Part shown: in pieces, positions 1-12,462 of the stretch
How the letters are laid out: each line of letters opens with the position of its first letter
Numbering within the stretch: the first letter of the stretch is position 1
NCBI GenBank assembly: GCA_964035575.1
Contig: OZ037845.1
Span: 1,364,001-1,428,000 of the forward strand
Length of the DNA: 64,000 bases
Direction of reading: 5' to 3'
Source of the DNA: Rhynchopus sp. YZ270_cl-10
Taxonomy: Eukaryota
The notes under the pieces: model-generated
Seen by the model: only the letters and a program-made list of their open reading frames with translations
What the model was told of the DNA's origin: nothing
Databases searched by the model: none
Position numbers and translations under genes: made by a program

Positions 1-33
1 AACCCCCTCCCTCTTCAACCAAACCATACAAAT

Positions 34-1644
34 ATGGAAGGCGGAGAATTACGCACCGAGGGCGAAAGAGGGTCTCTTGACCCTCTTGAAGTGGAGCTGA
101 GCCTTTTGCTTGGAAGTTTACGTCAGCATCCAGGAGCAGAACCACAACCTGTTGATGCCGATGTTTCCAGAACAGATGTGACGAACACAAGAGGCTCCAG
201 CACACTGCGTGAAGCTGACGACATGCCGGAAGTGCAGAAAAAACTGGATCAGGTAATCGCTGATTGCGCAGATTCAGCAGATTCAGCAGAATCCTTGCGG
301 AAGGCACTCTTGCGCAATGAACTTCTCTTAATGCGGGGTGTGGGTGTTGCTGAGATACCTCCTGAGATACTACGTCCTGAGATATCACCTCGTGAGATAC
401 CACCTCCAGAAGTGGAGACCACCGATGACTCTCCTTGCAATCACTATAGTGATGTTTGCAACGATGCTATGAAATCTGCCCTCGAAAACCCTGTCTTCCG
501 CTCTGTTTGTAACAAATACACTACACCGCACGATAACTCCAAGAAGCGCTTCAAACACAACCGAGAAAACTTCCTTCTTGCCACCGACATAGGTTTTATG
601 AGCCACGACCGAATCATGCTCCGTCTCAAATTCCCAAGCGGCAAACAGGTTGACCGACTCCAAGCATTTCGGATAAGCTTAAACGAAGTAGCACCAGACA
701 GTGTAGAACGGGGAGTAATATACTTTGAAATGGCAGTGTTAATGTTGAGCCAGGATATGACAATGACCTGCATGGCAGCTTTTAAGGAGATGGACGTTTT
801 TGATGAGGAGGAGACCATGAAAACTCCGTTGCAGCTTTTGGTTGATGCGTTGCGGTGTGATAAGACGTTGTTGGGTGCGTGGTTTGTCCTTGCCGATGTG
901 ATGTCACGGAAGTCGGGAAGGGTGAATTTGAGTAACGAAAACGAGCCTGCATCATGGTTCAATGCGGAGCAGGTTCTCCATGAAGCTGAGTTTCGTGCCG
1001 CGCAATACGCAGACCTCACCGAACGAACGGATCTCGACGAAGACGAAGTGCAATGTCTCCTTAACCTCGCAAAAGAGATCCGTCGTCGCGCCTTCGACAT
1101 AGCAATACAAATCAAAGTAGAACAACAACCCGACTACAAACCTGGAACCCCCAAACCAGCCGCCACAAAGCGTCACATCCGAGTCAAAGAGGAGGAGGTG
1201 TACTGTGCTGTGCTGCGCTGTACAACGCCGTTGAAGGCAGAAACCATCGCCGTCACAAAGTTTTTTCTGGCAAAGGTCCTTGCACGCCCCCCAGAACGCA
1301 CACCAGACGGGACCCCCATCCCCAAGGAGATCCTCTACCTCAACCCACTTAACCTCGGTACCCCGCTCCACGCACATCGGCTCTATGCAGAGGTGCTCAG
1401 CCACATCGAGGAAGACCCCACCATCCTCATGACATCCGGGCGGGTGTACCGTGCAGTGGCAGAGTACATGAAGATCCACTTCCCCGACTCCTCCTTCCTA
1501 GCGGGCAACGATGCACTACCCCACGGGCAGGTCATGAAAAGATTTGAAAAGGAGCTAGGAAAACGCTCCCTCCCCTACTGGGACAAACGTGGCAAGTTTC
1601 CTAGTAGAAAAAATCTGTGTAGTCTCCCCGAATCCGAAATATGA
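34..1644 (+). CDS. Hypothetical protein, 536 aa, mostly helical with a short PPEI-repeat segment
   Basis: Long ATG-initiated ORF with coding-like composition; no family recognised. Confidence 0.7.
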   Translation: MEGGELRTEGERGSLDPLEVELSLLLGSLRQHPGAEPQPVDADVSRTDVTNTRGSSTLREADDMPEVQKKLDQVIADCADSADSAESLRKALLRNELLLMRGVGVAEIPPEILRPEISPREIPPPEVETTDDSPCNHYSDVCNDAMKSALENPVFRSVCNKYTTPHDNSKKRFKHNRENFLLATDIGFMSHDRIMLRLKFPSGKQVDRLQAFRISLNEVAPDSVERGVIYFEMAVLMLSQDMTMTCMAAFKEMDVFDEEETMKTPLQLLVDALRCDKTLLGAWFVLADVMSRKSGRVNLSNENEPASWFNAEQVLHEAEFRAAQYADLTERTDLDEDEVQCLLNLAKEIRRRAFDIAIQIKVEQQPDYKPGTPKPAATKRHIRVKEEEVYCAVLRCTTPLKAETIAVTKFFLAKVLARPPERTPDGTPIPKEILYLNPLNLGTPLHAHRLYAEVLSHIEEDPTILMTSGRVYRAVAEYMKIHFPDSSFLAGNDALPHGQVMKRFEKELGKRSLPYWDKRGKFPSRKNLCSLPESEI

Positions 1645-2125
1645 ACAGGGAAACCCCCTCGGTGCGAAACCAGAACGCGTGGTCTGACCACTAACAACGG
1701 ACTCGGGTTTTTAAAAAAATAGACAGGGCTCTCACAAAATCCCCCACTTTTTTGAGATTTTCAATCTTTGTTGGTATATGTTCATAATGTCTCCCCCCTT
1801 TTTTTTTCTTCATTTTTTTCTTTTTTTTTTTTTTTTTGAGACAACTGCCTTGCAAAAGTTGTAGGGGAGGAAATGAAAACATATTTGAGTGTGCCCAAAT
1901 TTTTGGTGTGAGCGATGTAAACACGACACAACTTATCCACAGAAAAGTTTTTGATTTTGTCCCTACACACTCCACAAAAATCCGGTGCGATCAACGAAAA
2001 ATTCTTTTTCTGATTTCGTTTCTTTCTTTATCAGACTAGCTTAAACTCAGATAACAGTATATATTTTTAGTAAAGTTCAACACGCCTTGCTTGTTCCTCC
2101 TATTCACTGTACTTTTTCATGAGGT

Positions 2126-2952
2126 CAGTGTTTGTTTGATCAAAGTAACAAAGATCTCAAGCACTCAAGCCAAATTCTACAATGGGAGTAACTAAGGCGC
2201 TGGATTTTTTTTAAAGTATCTGTTGTGCTGCAGTTGGGTTTGTACTGAGGCGTGCAAAGTGCAGCCTGTGGGCAGTGGGGGGGGCGGGGAAAATTTCGTT
2301 GTTTTGATGTGTGTGTGCTTCCCCACCACATGACATTTGTAATATCTTAGTGGAGGATCTTGAGAGAATAGAAAATGGGGACCACCTTTTAATGGGAACA
2401 GTTTTTTAAAATCTAACTTGTTTTGAAGAGGAAAAAAAAAAAATGGCGAGTTGTTGGGAAAAGTAATGGGTACCTCGCCGTACAAACTTTGTTCTTTTCG
2501 TTTTTTTGTACCAACCACCTGATTTTTACCCCGCGAAAAGGCGCGCCTAGTCAGCCTGTACGGACCTTTTCTGTCCTTTACGGCCCTATCCCGAGCCTAT
2601 GCGCGGGGTAAAAATCAAGACCAATCATTTTTTTTTCGTAGTTTTGTTTTTCTAGTTTCAACTTTCGTTGCACATAACTGCATCCTGTCTTATGTTACGA
2701 TACGTCATCTTTTGTTCCATTTCTAGTTCAGCACGTCTATCTCTTCCTCACATTGACCGTACACATTCAAGAAGCCAGTGTTTGATCAAAGTAACAAATG
2801 TCTCAATCACTCAAGCCAAATTGAAATTGTGTATTCAATGCGAGTGGCCAAGGTGTCGGGTATTTTTAAAGTACCTGTTGTGCTACAGTTGGGTTTGTCC
2901 TGAGGCGGGCAAAAGCGCAGCCTGTGGGCAGTGGGGGGGCGGGGGAAATTTC
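2126..2952. repeat. Diverged direct duplication of ~180-230 bp (about 2126-2300 and 2776-2952)
   Basis: Shared tttgatcaaagtaacaaa...cactcaagccaaatt...gcagcctgtgggcagtggggggg. Confidence 0.75.
2520..2617. mobile_element. Very short MITE-like inverted-repeat element
   Basis: 16-bp perfect TIR TGATTTTTACCCCGCG / CGCGGGGTAAAAATCA. Confidence 0.5.
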
Positions 2953-3862
2953 TTTGTTTTTTTTTTGTGCGCTTTCCCCCTCGGGGTCAACAGTATCTTA
3001 ATGGTAATGATTTTGGAAGCAGAAAATGAAATTTCTGCTTCAATTTTATTCAAATCAACCCTGGGGCATGACAATTTGACATATCCTAGGGAAATCTTTC
3101 AGTTTTCGTGAAGGCCATTATCGTGCTCCCCCCCCTCGGGCTGCCACCCGATGTGTAGTTTAAAGTCATGCCCCGGCTGTTAGGGTTTGGGGGTCTTCCT
3201 TCTCTTGCGAGAGAGGTTTCAATAATTTTCACCAAATAAAAAAGGGGGGTTCTTTTTTTTTTTTTTTTGTTGAATTCTCATGGCGCGCGATCGCGACCAT
3301 ACCATAAAACAACTTGTTGTCAATTATAAAAGATCAAACAAAGCGGGTTTGAAAAAGAGACAGAGGCTTGCTAACCACAACAACCTTACTTCAGTTAAAG
3401 AACAATTTTTTTTTTTTTTTGTTTCCCGGCTTTGAGCGCACAAACAACCCGATCTTTTTTTAATCGTTAACCTTTGTGCAGTGTGATCTGGGGTGGGGAA
3501 ACATTCAACATTTCAACCTATTACCCACCTTTCTCGTTTTATGCCTACGACTCCTTGAAGACTTCTTGCACAAGGTTGGATGACAACCCTCAGCAAATAA
3601 GCCGCAGGATAATGGCGAACAACAAAAAAAAAAAAAAGCTGTATTGTATGTGTTATGATACGATGCACTTTACGATCAGAAAATGTCATATGCTCTGATC
3701 CTTGGTGGTTTTTTTTATAAAAATAGTGGAGCACACTCTAGGGTGGCTACGCTAATACAACCAAGTTTTCAAAAAAAAAAAAAAAAGGTGCCCCCTCCTT
3801 TCCTTATGTACCGGCCTTTCCTCACCCCCACACCCCACAGCTCTCAACCCTTACCTCCAGCA

Positions 3863-5176
3863 ATGCCCCCTCCCCCTACACACCATGCACCGGCTGTTCT
3901 TGAAGGCTTGATGGAGGAGGCAGGGCGTATCACACAGGAGCTGAAGCAGTACATCGAGCAGGGTGTCGCTCAGGGCGCTTGGACGTCAGGTCTGCGAGAC
4001 AAACATCTCGAGCATGTGACCGGCGTTGATAACATACACAGACTCCTGAAGAAGACGGTCACAGAGCACCACTTCCTCCGCACCCTCGCGAACAGCCCCT
4101 CGGACAGCAACGCGACCCGCACGCTGTCGACAAACCTTGTCGTTTTCCGTGGCATCCTCGAGGTCCTCAAGCGTGGCCTGCATGGCGTGGCTGGGGTGCA
4201 GAAGATGTTCACCACGCAAGACAAACGCACTAACGTAGAGGTTGACATCATCTCCGGCAACGGAGCCAACTGGGTCAAGGTGAAAGGCACATCCTCGCGC
4301 AACCTGGAGCAGTCCTTGAAGGGCACCAACCGCTTCGGGGAGCGCAACATTCTGGAGCTGGCAGAGGATATGCACGAGGTGGCGTCGCAGAACCGTGTGC
4401 ACTTCGGCGCGCCGAACTGCTTCATCGTGCTGTCCAGTGCAGTCGACAGCATTTTGCTTGAGAAGATCCGTGAACAAAGCAAGGTGTCCGTCCTGACTCT
4501 CTCTGAAGTGCACAAAATCAATGACTGCGTGCACCTCAATGTACAGCTCAAAGCAGAGCAGGAGCTTGCCGAGGAAATGGGGGAAGGGATGGACTCCGAT
4601 TCGGATATGAGCAGTGCCGGAACACCCAGCTTTTTGCCTCCCTCCATTGACCCGATGTACGTCCAGCGTGTCAATCTTGACATCACAGCGTTGTTTGCTT
4701 TGACGTCGGACCTGACGAACGGAAGCAATCACTACGCGTTTCCGAACTACAAGGTGTTGGACCAGCAGGCAAGAGACGATCGGGTGACCCCGGTGTTGCC
4801 GTTGTTGCAGGCGTATTTGGAGTCGCCGAAGAAGTATGTCATCGCATGTCAGACGGTTGTGAAAGAGTTCCTCTCCATCGTGGACCAGGTGGCAGGTGAG
4901 GAGGAGAAGGAGCGTGCGACTGCGCTGCTCGCAACTGTCAACATCGTCCCCGACTCCCCGTCGCCCCGAGCTACAGGGCTTGCCGAGAGCGGGCGTGTCA
5001 AACGCAGACAGAAACTCGTCTTTGGCACCGGGGACACCTACGAAGCTGTCACACTAACCGCCAACGTTCAGTTCGTGCAAGCAGCTGCAGACCAAGGTGT
5101 TCCCTTCACCGTCTTCGTCCACCCCGCCCGAGCACTCACCGAGCAAAAACGCCTCAAAGAACCGATTTCGGAGTAA
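3863..5176 (+). CDS. UPF0415/C7orf25-like protein (DUF5614 + DUF1308 PIN-like)
   Basis: Motifs VDIISGNGANWVKVK, NLDITALFALTSDL, VFGTGD..TLTAN..FV..A..QGV..FVHPARALTEQK. Start placed at ATG 3863 after pyrimidine tract + CAG; the ORF track opens at 3683. Confidence 0.85.
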   Translation: MPPPPTHHAPAVLEGLMEEAGRITQELKQYIEQGVAQGAWTSGLRDKHLEHVTGVDNIHRLLKKTVTEHHFLRTLANSPSDSNATRTLSTNLVVFRGILEVLKRGLHGVAGVQKMFTTQDKRTNVEVDIISGNGANWVKVKGTSSRNLEQSLKGTNRFGERNILELAEDMHEVASQNRVHFGAPNCFIVLSSAVDSILLEKIREQSKVSVLTLSEVHKINDCVHLNVQLKAEQELAEEMGEGMDSDSDMSSAGTPSFLPPSIDPMYVQRVNLDITALFALTSDLTNGSNHYAFPNYKVLDQQARDDRVTPVLPLLQAYLESPKKYVIACQTVVKEFLSIVDQVAGEEEKERATALLATVNIVPDSPSPRATGLAESGRVKRRQKLVFGTGDTYEAVTLTANVQFVQAAADQGVPFTVFVHPARALTEQKRLKEPISE

Positions 5177-5439
5177 AAAGAAAAATGACTGGTGTTTCTT
5201 GAATGAAAATGCCAACACCAATTAAGATGTGCGACATTCCTTTGTTCAGAAGTTTTTTTTTCTCTGCGTCGGTCAGGGTTTCCGCGTTCTTCCGGTGTTT
5301 TCGAAGGGGGCGGACGAGTTTTTTTTTCCCCCAAAAAAAATTTTTTTTACTAGTGCTTAACCTAATAGATGTCGAGCCCGGCGCGCTTCGCGCGTCGGGT
5401 CGGGGGCCTCCGGCGGAGTTGTCTCGCCTCACGGTCTTT

Positions 5440-5812
5440 CGTGAGACAGAACAGGTGAGAAACTCACGTTATGTTATATTCGGGTTTGCGGGCTCAACAT
5501 ACATCAGAACGTCATGAAGAGTTGTCATTGAGGTGCACACCCTCAACACCGACTTGAGCTCTTGCCACTCTGCCAACAGGTCACTGAATTCAACCCCCTG
5601 CACAATACTGGCTGTCTGGAACTGCTTCCGTTCAGTGGTGTCGCTGTACACCGGCTTCAGCGCATCCCCACCCACGACATCATGATGCATGTAGGACAGT
5701 GTGTGGGGGGTGAAGAACTGGTCGTACAATCTGCCTAGCTGTTCAATGCCGTACTCCGTGCGTTGTGCCGGCTTCATCGATTTCGTGGCCTGCTGAATAA
5801 CTGAGGGGTTTT
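5440..5812 (-). pseudogene. Possible hAT/ZNF862-like transposase C-terminal fragment
   Basis: EYG.EQL.RL..F...LLAEWQELK...PNI pattern, then a stop; interrupted by repeats at 5813. Confidence 0.35.
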
Positions 5813-7703
5813 CTATACGGGGTGGGGTGCGTCCCCTGCGGGGCCGCACCCCACCTCGTCCACTTTACAATGCCCCGGGCCCTCTCCCCACCCCTTTTTC
5901 CCACTCCCCGGATGAACTTCGTCCGGACGAACTTCGTCCGGCAGTTTTTTTTTTTTTTTTTCTACCCAGGGCGTTCGCCCCGGGGCGAAAAATATTTTTT
6001 TTCGTTAAAAAAATCTTTTCCTGAAAAAATGACATTTTATTTCGCCCCAGGGCTTCGCCCCACCGGGGCGAAACCCTGTATAAATAAATAAATAAATAAA
6101 TAAAAAAAGGGGGAAAAAAAAAAAAAAAGAGAGAGAGATTTCTCCCCACCACCCTGTAGACCCCCCCGGAGGGGGGGTCGCAGAGGGGTGTCCACTGTAC
6201 TCAAAATCATCCGCAAACCCGCCTGCCGTGAGAGGAAGTTTCCCCAGCACTCCCGCTCGCTCCTCAATCCTGCAGTCTGCTGAAGGTGTACCGTACCCCC
6301 TGTTATAGAAGGTGTCACTGCTCGTGTCAACTCTATCTTCAATGGCAGAGAGTTGAAAATAATCAAAATAAGGATGAAGTCTCATATGACAGATGCCTCT
6401 CTCTTGTACATCTGCTTGATTAAACAACACAAAGAGACCCTCAGTGAGGGGGGATTGATGAAATTCTCCATCGTTTTGCTGGTTTTAGTATCAGGAAAGT
6501 TCAGCTGTAATATCACTTGTGCTGGGGAAGGGATCACGCGCAAATCGCAAATTTTTTTTGACCATTCAGTACCAGGGATTCACCCCACGAACTAACTTCT
6601 CTCCGGCGGGAAAATTTTTTTTGACCTATTTTAAGCACTAGTAAAAAAACGAAAATTTCGGGGGTTTTGGCATTTCGCCACGATCAGGAAAAAACGATGG
6701 CGATAGCGAACGCCCTGTTTCTACCGGACGAACTTCGTCCGATTTTTGGGTCGCGGAAACACTGGCGTCGGTGCACAAAATCCACACCACGCTGGATGAT
6801 GGGGTGATTTGGTAGATTTACATGATAGGTCACATGATAGAATTTTATCATGTGAACCGGTAAATCCCATCATGTGAACCATCATGTGAACCGGGAAATC
6901 TAACATGTGAACTATCATGTGAAGTGGGAAAACTATCATGTAAACCATCATGTGAAGTGGGAAATCTAACAAGTAAAGTATCATGTGAACCAGTGAATCC
7001 TATCATGTGCCCTAACATGTGCCCTATCATGTGACCCTATCATGTGACCCTATCATGTGCCCTATCATGTGAACCTAGTGCCTCCCAGGGAAAGGGACTC
7101 TCGAATTTTTTTTTTTGCCCTATATAGGGCTAATTTCGACGATTTGAGGCCATCTAAAGCAAAATTTGGCACTTTTGAGCATCTAGGGGGGTCTAAAACG
7201 TGGTTTTGAGTTTCCAACACGGTGCGGTCTGTCGTGCTTGGAGTGTGTAAATAACGGACTTACCCCCTGAGTCCGACAGTCGGACTCTGGGGTCCGACAG
7301 TCGGACCCAAAAAAAAAAAAAATTTTTTTTTTGGGCCGAAAAAAAAAATTTTTTTTTGGCCAAAAAAATTTTTTTTGGCCGAAAATCGCCTTGTATAGCC
7401 ACTACAGTACACATGGTATAACCAAAATAGCCGTATTTTGGCTGAAAATTTGACTTGAAAATTTTTTTCATTGTTTGGTCAATCTGAGGTTTTCTTTGGA
7501 TTTTTTGGGCCATTTTATGACCTACTACACCCAATTTTTGGGGGATTTTTTTTTTCTTGGTCAAAAAATAGCGCTTGTTGCCTACTACTGGGTATAGGCT
7601 TGTTCAGAGGTGTGTATTTGGTGTACCCAGACATGGTCAAAACACATGAATTTTGCGTTTTTTTGCATTTTTAGGTTCTCGACCAACCAGGGGGCGACCA
7701 ATT

Positions 7704-7927
7704 TGGGTACTGGGTACTGGGTACTGGGTACTGGGTACTGGGTACTGGGTACTGGGTACTGGGTACTGGGTACTGGGTACTGGGTACTGGGTACTGGGTA
7801 CTGGGTACTGGGTACTGGGTACTGGGTACTGGGTACTGGGTACTGGGTACTGGGTACTGGGTACTGGGTACTGGGTACTGGGTACTGGGTACTGGGTACT
7901 GGGTACTGGGTACTGGGTACTGGGTAC
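7704..7927. repeat. (TGGGTAC)32 heptamer satellite
   Basis: Perfect tandem repeat. Confidence 0.98.
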
Positions 7928-8630
7928 CAAGAGAAGGCAGCTTGACAGCAGCGAAGGCGGAGGCTACGGGGAAGACAAGGTATGTAAATGTTTAACTTTC
8001 AGTTACTTGTGTAGATGCAAACAACACACCCAGTGGTTTGCAGCATTTTATTTTCTTTTGTGCTTTCTCTTCTTTGAATCGAAAGTATGTGAACCTTATT
8101 ACATCATGATACAATGCAACGAGGCCGAAACAGCCTCACTAAGGCCTCTGAAAATAAATGTTCAGACTTGGCACTTACTTATGTTTAGGTGCGCCTCAAC
8201 CACACGCTTGAATATATTTAATTTGCCACACCTCAGATAGATTTTCCAGATATGCCTATGTTCAGGTGTTCCAGGCCTCGTCACAAATAGACAAAAAAAC
8301 AAAAGCCAAAACAACAGAGAGAGAGCCAACAATTTTTTATCTCACTTGTGTAATAATGTTTGGCCGCGTTTTCGAAATTCCTTCCTGGAGATTACACAAA
8401 ATACAGTAGACATTATCTCCGCACACAAAGAACAAAACAAAACCCATGCCGAGAGTAGGCGCAAAAGCAATGTGGAGGAGATCTGCGCATGCAACCAAAA
8501 GGGTTGCAGTCATAGGACTTCGAGGAACTGTTCACCATACCCAACCTTGACGCCCCGTACTAGGTGGTCATACATCATTTGTCAAATATACTGTAGGAAT
8601 TTCGAAAACGCAGCACAACATTATTGCCCG

Positions 8631-9450
8631 TGAGATAATAACTATTTATTCGAGTGAAATAAGAACTATTTTATTTCACGCGCCACTAAAAAGGTGCCCG
8701 AGTGCGTTATTTCCCGAGCGAAGCGAGGGGAATAAGAGTGAGAGAGTCACGAGGGTGCCTTTTTAGTGGCAAGTGCAAGAAAATGTTCTTATTTCACTCA
8801 ATATGTAATTTTATTCCACAAGTGAAAAACGTATTTATAGGTGTAAACAGTGGAACGTTGAGCCCACGCTCCACCCCTCACACCACCACACTTCAAATTA
8901 CAGATTATTTATTGCCTCTTACACACATGCCTAAACCCACGCGCAAGTTTGCGGAGATGGAGGATGCATATGACAACTTGTTCGACGACATGAACAGTGG
9001 TGTGCAGTACAGGAAAACATGGGACGATTTCCTCCGTTTCAACAGACTTTCAGGAGCGAACGAGCCCAGGGAAGAACACGTCGTGTCCTTCAGATCACTC
9101 CGTGATCTTTTATTTCACTCCCCCACCCAATCCTTCACGATTTGCGTGAAATAAAACGTGAAATAAAACGAATCTTATTTCACTCACTTTTTCACCTGTT
9201 TACGTTTTTCACGCGTGGTATAAAATTACGTATCGAAAACTAAAGTGAATATTATTTAACTGATGGGTGATTCACAAACTGGAATACGTGATACCCACTC
9301 GCTATCGCTCGTGACATCACTTTTATGATTACACTCACTTCACTCATGAAATCAAAATGCTGAACTCCACTCGCTTCGTGAAGTTGAGCCCCAGTTTGAG
9401 TCACCCACCACCTCGTGAAATAATGTTCACTTTATTTCATGAGATAATAA
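8631..9450 (+). mobile_element. Crypton-like (YR DNA transposon) non-autonomous relic
   Basis: 11-bp direct repeat TGAGATAATAA at both ends; CGAGCGAAGCGAG / CTCGCTATCGCTCG motifs; repeated TTATTTCAC; internal peptide SGVQYRKTWDDFLRF..EPREEHVVSF resembles a YR N-terminal domain. Confidence 0.45.
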
Positions 9451-9462
9451 TTATCTAACTCA

Positions 9463-9865
9463 TGGTGCTTCCCGGGGGGTGTGCATTTCACAAATTTTCA
9501 CAAAATGTGACAAGTTTTCACAAATTTTCACAACACGAAAACTGCTACAAAATTGTGAAGGCTGGCGAAAAGTGGTGACAAATTGTGAAAAGTTGTAAAA
9601 ACAAATGTGAAAAGTTGTGAATTGATTTTTTTTTTTTTTTGTGTGTGCTTTTTTTTTTTTGGGCGGGTGGTGACCCACCCATTGAGGGGCACGCTGGGAT
9701 TCACAAGATAGAACGTGATGTGGTGTACCAGTGTACCTGTGTACTGTGTACTGTGTGATGTGCGACGAACGAGAGAAAAAAGGGTAGTGAAAAGTTGTGA
9801 AAAGTTGTGAATAGTTGTGAATTGAATTGAAAATTTGTGAAATGCATACCCCCCGGGAAGCACCA
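9463..9865. mobile_element. MITE with TGGTGC..GCACCA termini, 5-bp TSD ACTCA and internal TTGTGAAAA repeats
   Basis: TIR TGGTGCTTCCCGGGGGG; TSD at 9458-9462 and 9866-9870. Confidence 0.85.
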
Positions 9866-10813
9866 ACTCAGTGAAATAAAACTCGTGCAATTTTGCAGAT
9901 TATATGCCCTTTGTGTCACTCAATTGTAACCGAGAATGTAAGGCAGTGAGTATTTGATCTGCCCTTTATGTCGCGAAATACTATGTTTGGTGTTTTGACG
10001 TCTTCCAAGCAGATGGATATTCCCTCACTTGCACGCAATCTACCGAGGAACCGACTGCCTTTCTCAAAAGCCAGTACATGTCGGGGTGTCGAGGTCCGTG
10101 TCAATACAAAGCGGACCAAGTCGCTCGAGGTTTGAAAACCGCAAGAACTCGTCCCATTTCTTCTTGTACACCTCCTTGCTTCTCATACCCGCTGAGACTT
10201 GGTATCCGTAAGTGTCATGTATCCTGTCCTTCTTCGTTTTGGCAGTGTTTGAGGGTGTTTGAGGGGAGTGATGAAAAAGTTCTTTTTATTACTGAGTGAT
10301 TTTTTTTAACCAAAAGAAAACCGACGCAGGAGCTTTTCTGGAACTGTTTTATTCTCCCCACCCCAACAACATCACATTTCAGAAAAACATTGTTTTTTCG
10401 TTTTTGTTCACTTTCTTTTCTTCTCCCTCACACCTGTTTGCTGTGAATTAAATTTTTTCGTTTCGGCCTGGTCGCAAACGCGAGTTTTCCTGGAAGCGCA
10501 GGAAAAATGACTGGGGAGTGTTGGTGGCTCCGTGACGCCACAGAGCCGGCACACTCGTTGAGTGCCTCACAAAACCTCAAATTTATTCCGCTTTGATTTC
10601 ATTTATTGTCTTCACGCTTTATCGTTGTTGTTGGGTTGGGAAATAAAATTTCATTCTCCCATACATTATCGGTTACAATTGAGTGACAAAAGGGCACATT
10701 ATCACCCACCTTTGTGGGAATTCACAAAATTACACGAGTTTTATCCACTTTTTTTACCACATTAACCTCACCTTTCCCGATAACTGCGTTTCTACACCAT
10801 ACATTTCATTCAT

Positions 10814-12090
10814 TAATCACACTCCACATTTACACTCATCACAGGATCGTGAAATCTGAACTGCATCTGCGATTGTGATGAGAAGCCTCGCCGCGTCTCC
10901 GACATTCAGCAACTCAAAACCCAAAGAGTATCACCCGCATCAATCCATTCTGAGTTTGCGGACTAAGATCTGGGGTGGAAGGGGGATGGGTACACTTTGT
11001 CAGTCACTGCTATTGCCATTTAACCCAGGGAGCATAGCTAGTGCAAGAAATTCGACTTTGGAAACCTTCCGGAAAGTCTGTCCTCTGCTTGCGGAGGACG
11101 AGGCACAAGAAAATATTGCGTTCCCCCAGAAAACCAGTGCACATTTCACACTCCTTGTGGGTGGTTTTGTTGCCTTTTTGTCACAGTAATTTTGGCCCAG
11201 GCATGCTCTTGAAGCATGACAATTTAGTGTGTATGGGGCAGGGTGTTGTTTTGTTCTGAATTCTCTTTGTTATAACATCTAAGTCAATCGCGGGTGGTGG
11301 TTTGTGTAGCGTGAGGCACTCTTTTTAACAAACTTCCTGCGGCTGCTAAAGCGTTATTTCTTCGGATTTAACAACGTACAGCGTAACATAGTGGATTCGC
11401 CTGGTCGACACAACCTTTGATAGATATGGGATAACCAACCCCCTTCGACCCCTTGTGGGTTCACTAAACAAGCCCTCGTGGTAGTTAAACACGATTGACA
11501 TTTACATTCCTAGAGATGAAAGAACAAGACAACACTTCTGTACCCGCGCATCAAAATTGTGGAAAACTTTGCACCCCAAACACCCTCAACAACGCCCGCC
11601 AAAAGGTGTCCCTTGTTGCTGGGAGTTGGTTCTCATGTTTGATGCCTGCACAGCGGGCATTCCTCTGAGTCCAACGCATGTTTGGCCTGTCTGCGGCGTT
11701 GCACTTCAGGTGCACGAAGACAGGGTCTGGTGGTAAATTTTGCGTAGTACTGCGACGTGGTACTGCGTGGGTCTGGGAATTTGGGTACCTGGGTACAGGA
11801 TATTGGTTGTCAAAGACATCTCCCACCATGCATTGAGGAGGGTAAGACAGTGTTCGCAGTTTCTACTTGATAGCATTACAACATTTAACTTCTCCACGGG
11901 GGTCTTGGGCCGTTCACTCGGTTATACCTTGACTACCGGAAGATATTCTTGAGGCCTTTTTGGTCTCTAGAATATCCGGTCTTCCCGAACGGAGGCACAC
12001 TTTGTGTGTTACTACGACCTGGCAACTTCCAGCAGTAGGTTAAGTAATCTTTCTTGTAAATTGTTGGATCATTATCTCCTCAGTGCATGA
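10814..12090. repeat. ~1.25-kb block duplicated at ~29031-30283, partial third copy ~12835-13120
   Basis: Long near-identical stretches; same minus-strand peptide EKLNVVMLSSRNCEHCLTLLN in the ORF track. Confidence 0.9.
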
Positions 12091-12425
12091 ATGCCCCACG
12101 TGACTGGACACTTTTGTGTTTGTCATGTGGAGCTGTGGTTGCTCTTTCACGACTTTTTTCCTGTTCCTGGGTACCTGTTCCTGGACCTGGACCTGGGTAT
12201 CTGGGTACCTGGGTACCTGTGTACCTGGGTACCTGTGTACCTGGGTACCTGGGCACCTGGGTGTGCCTGTCGGACCCCAGGGTCCGGCAGTCGGACTCAG
12301 GGGTCCGACTGTGAGTCCGACAGTCGGACCCCTGAGTCCGACTGTCGGACTCAGGGGGTCCGACTGTCGGACCCCCTCGGACTCCGACAAAAGGGTCCGA
12401 CATTTCCAGGACAGACTGCACCGTG

Positions 12426-12462
<37 letters not shown>

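Noticed and set aside
7704..7927. True telomere
   Set aside because: Interstitial, short and not TTAGGG; kept only as a satellite
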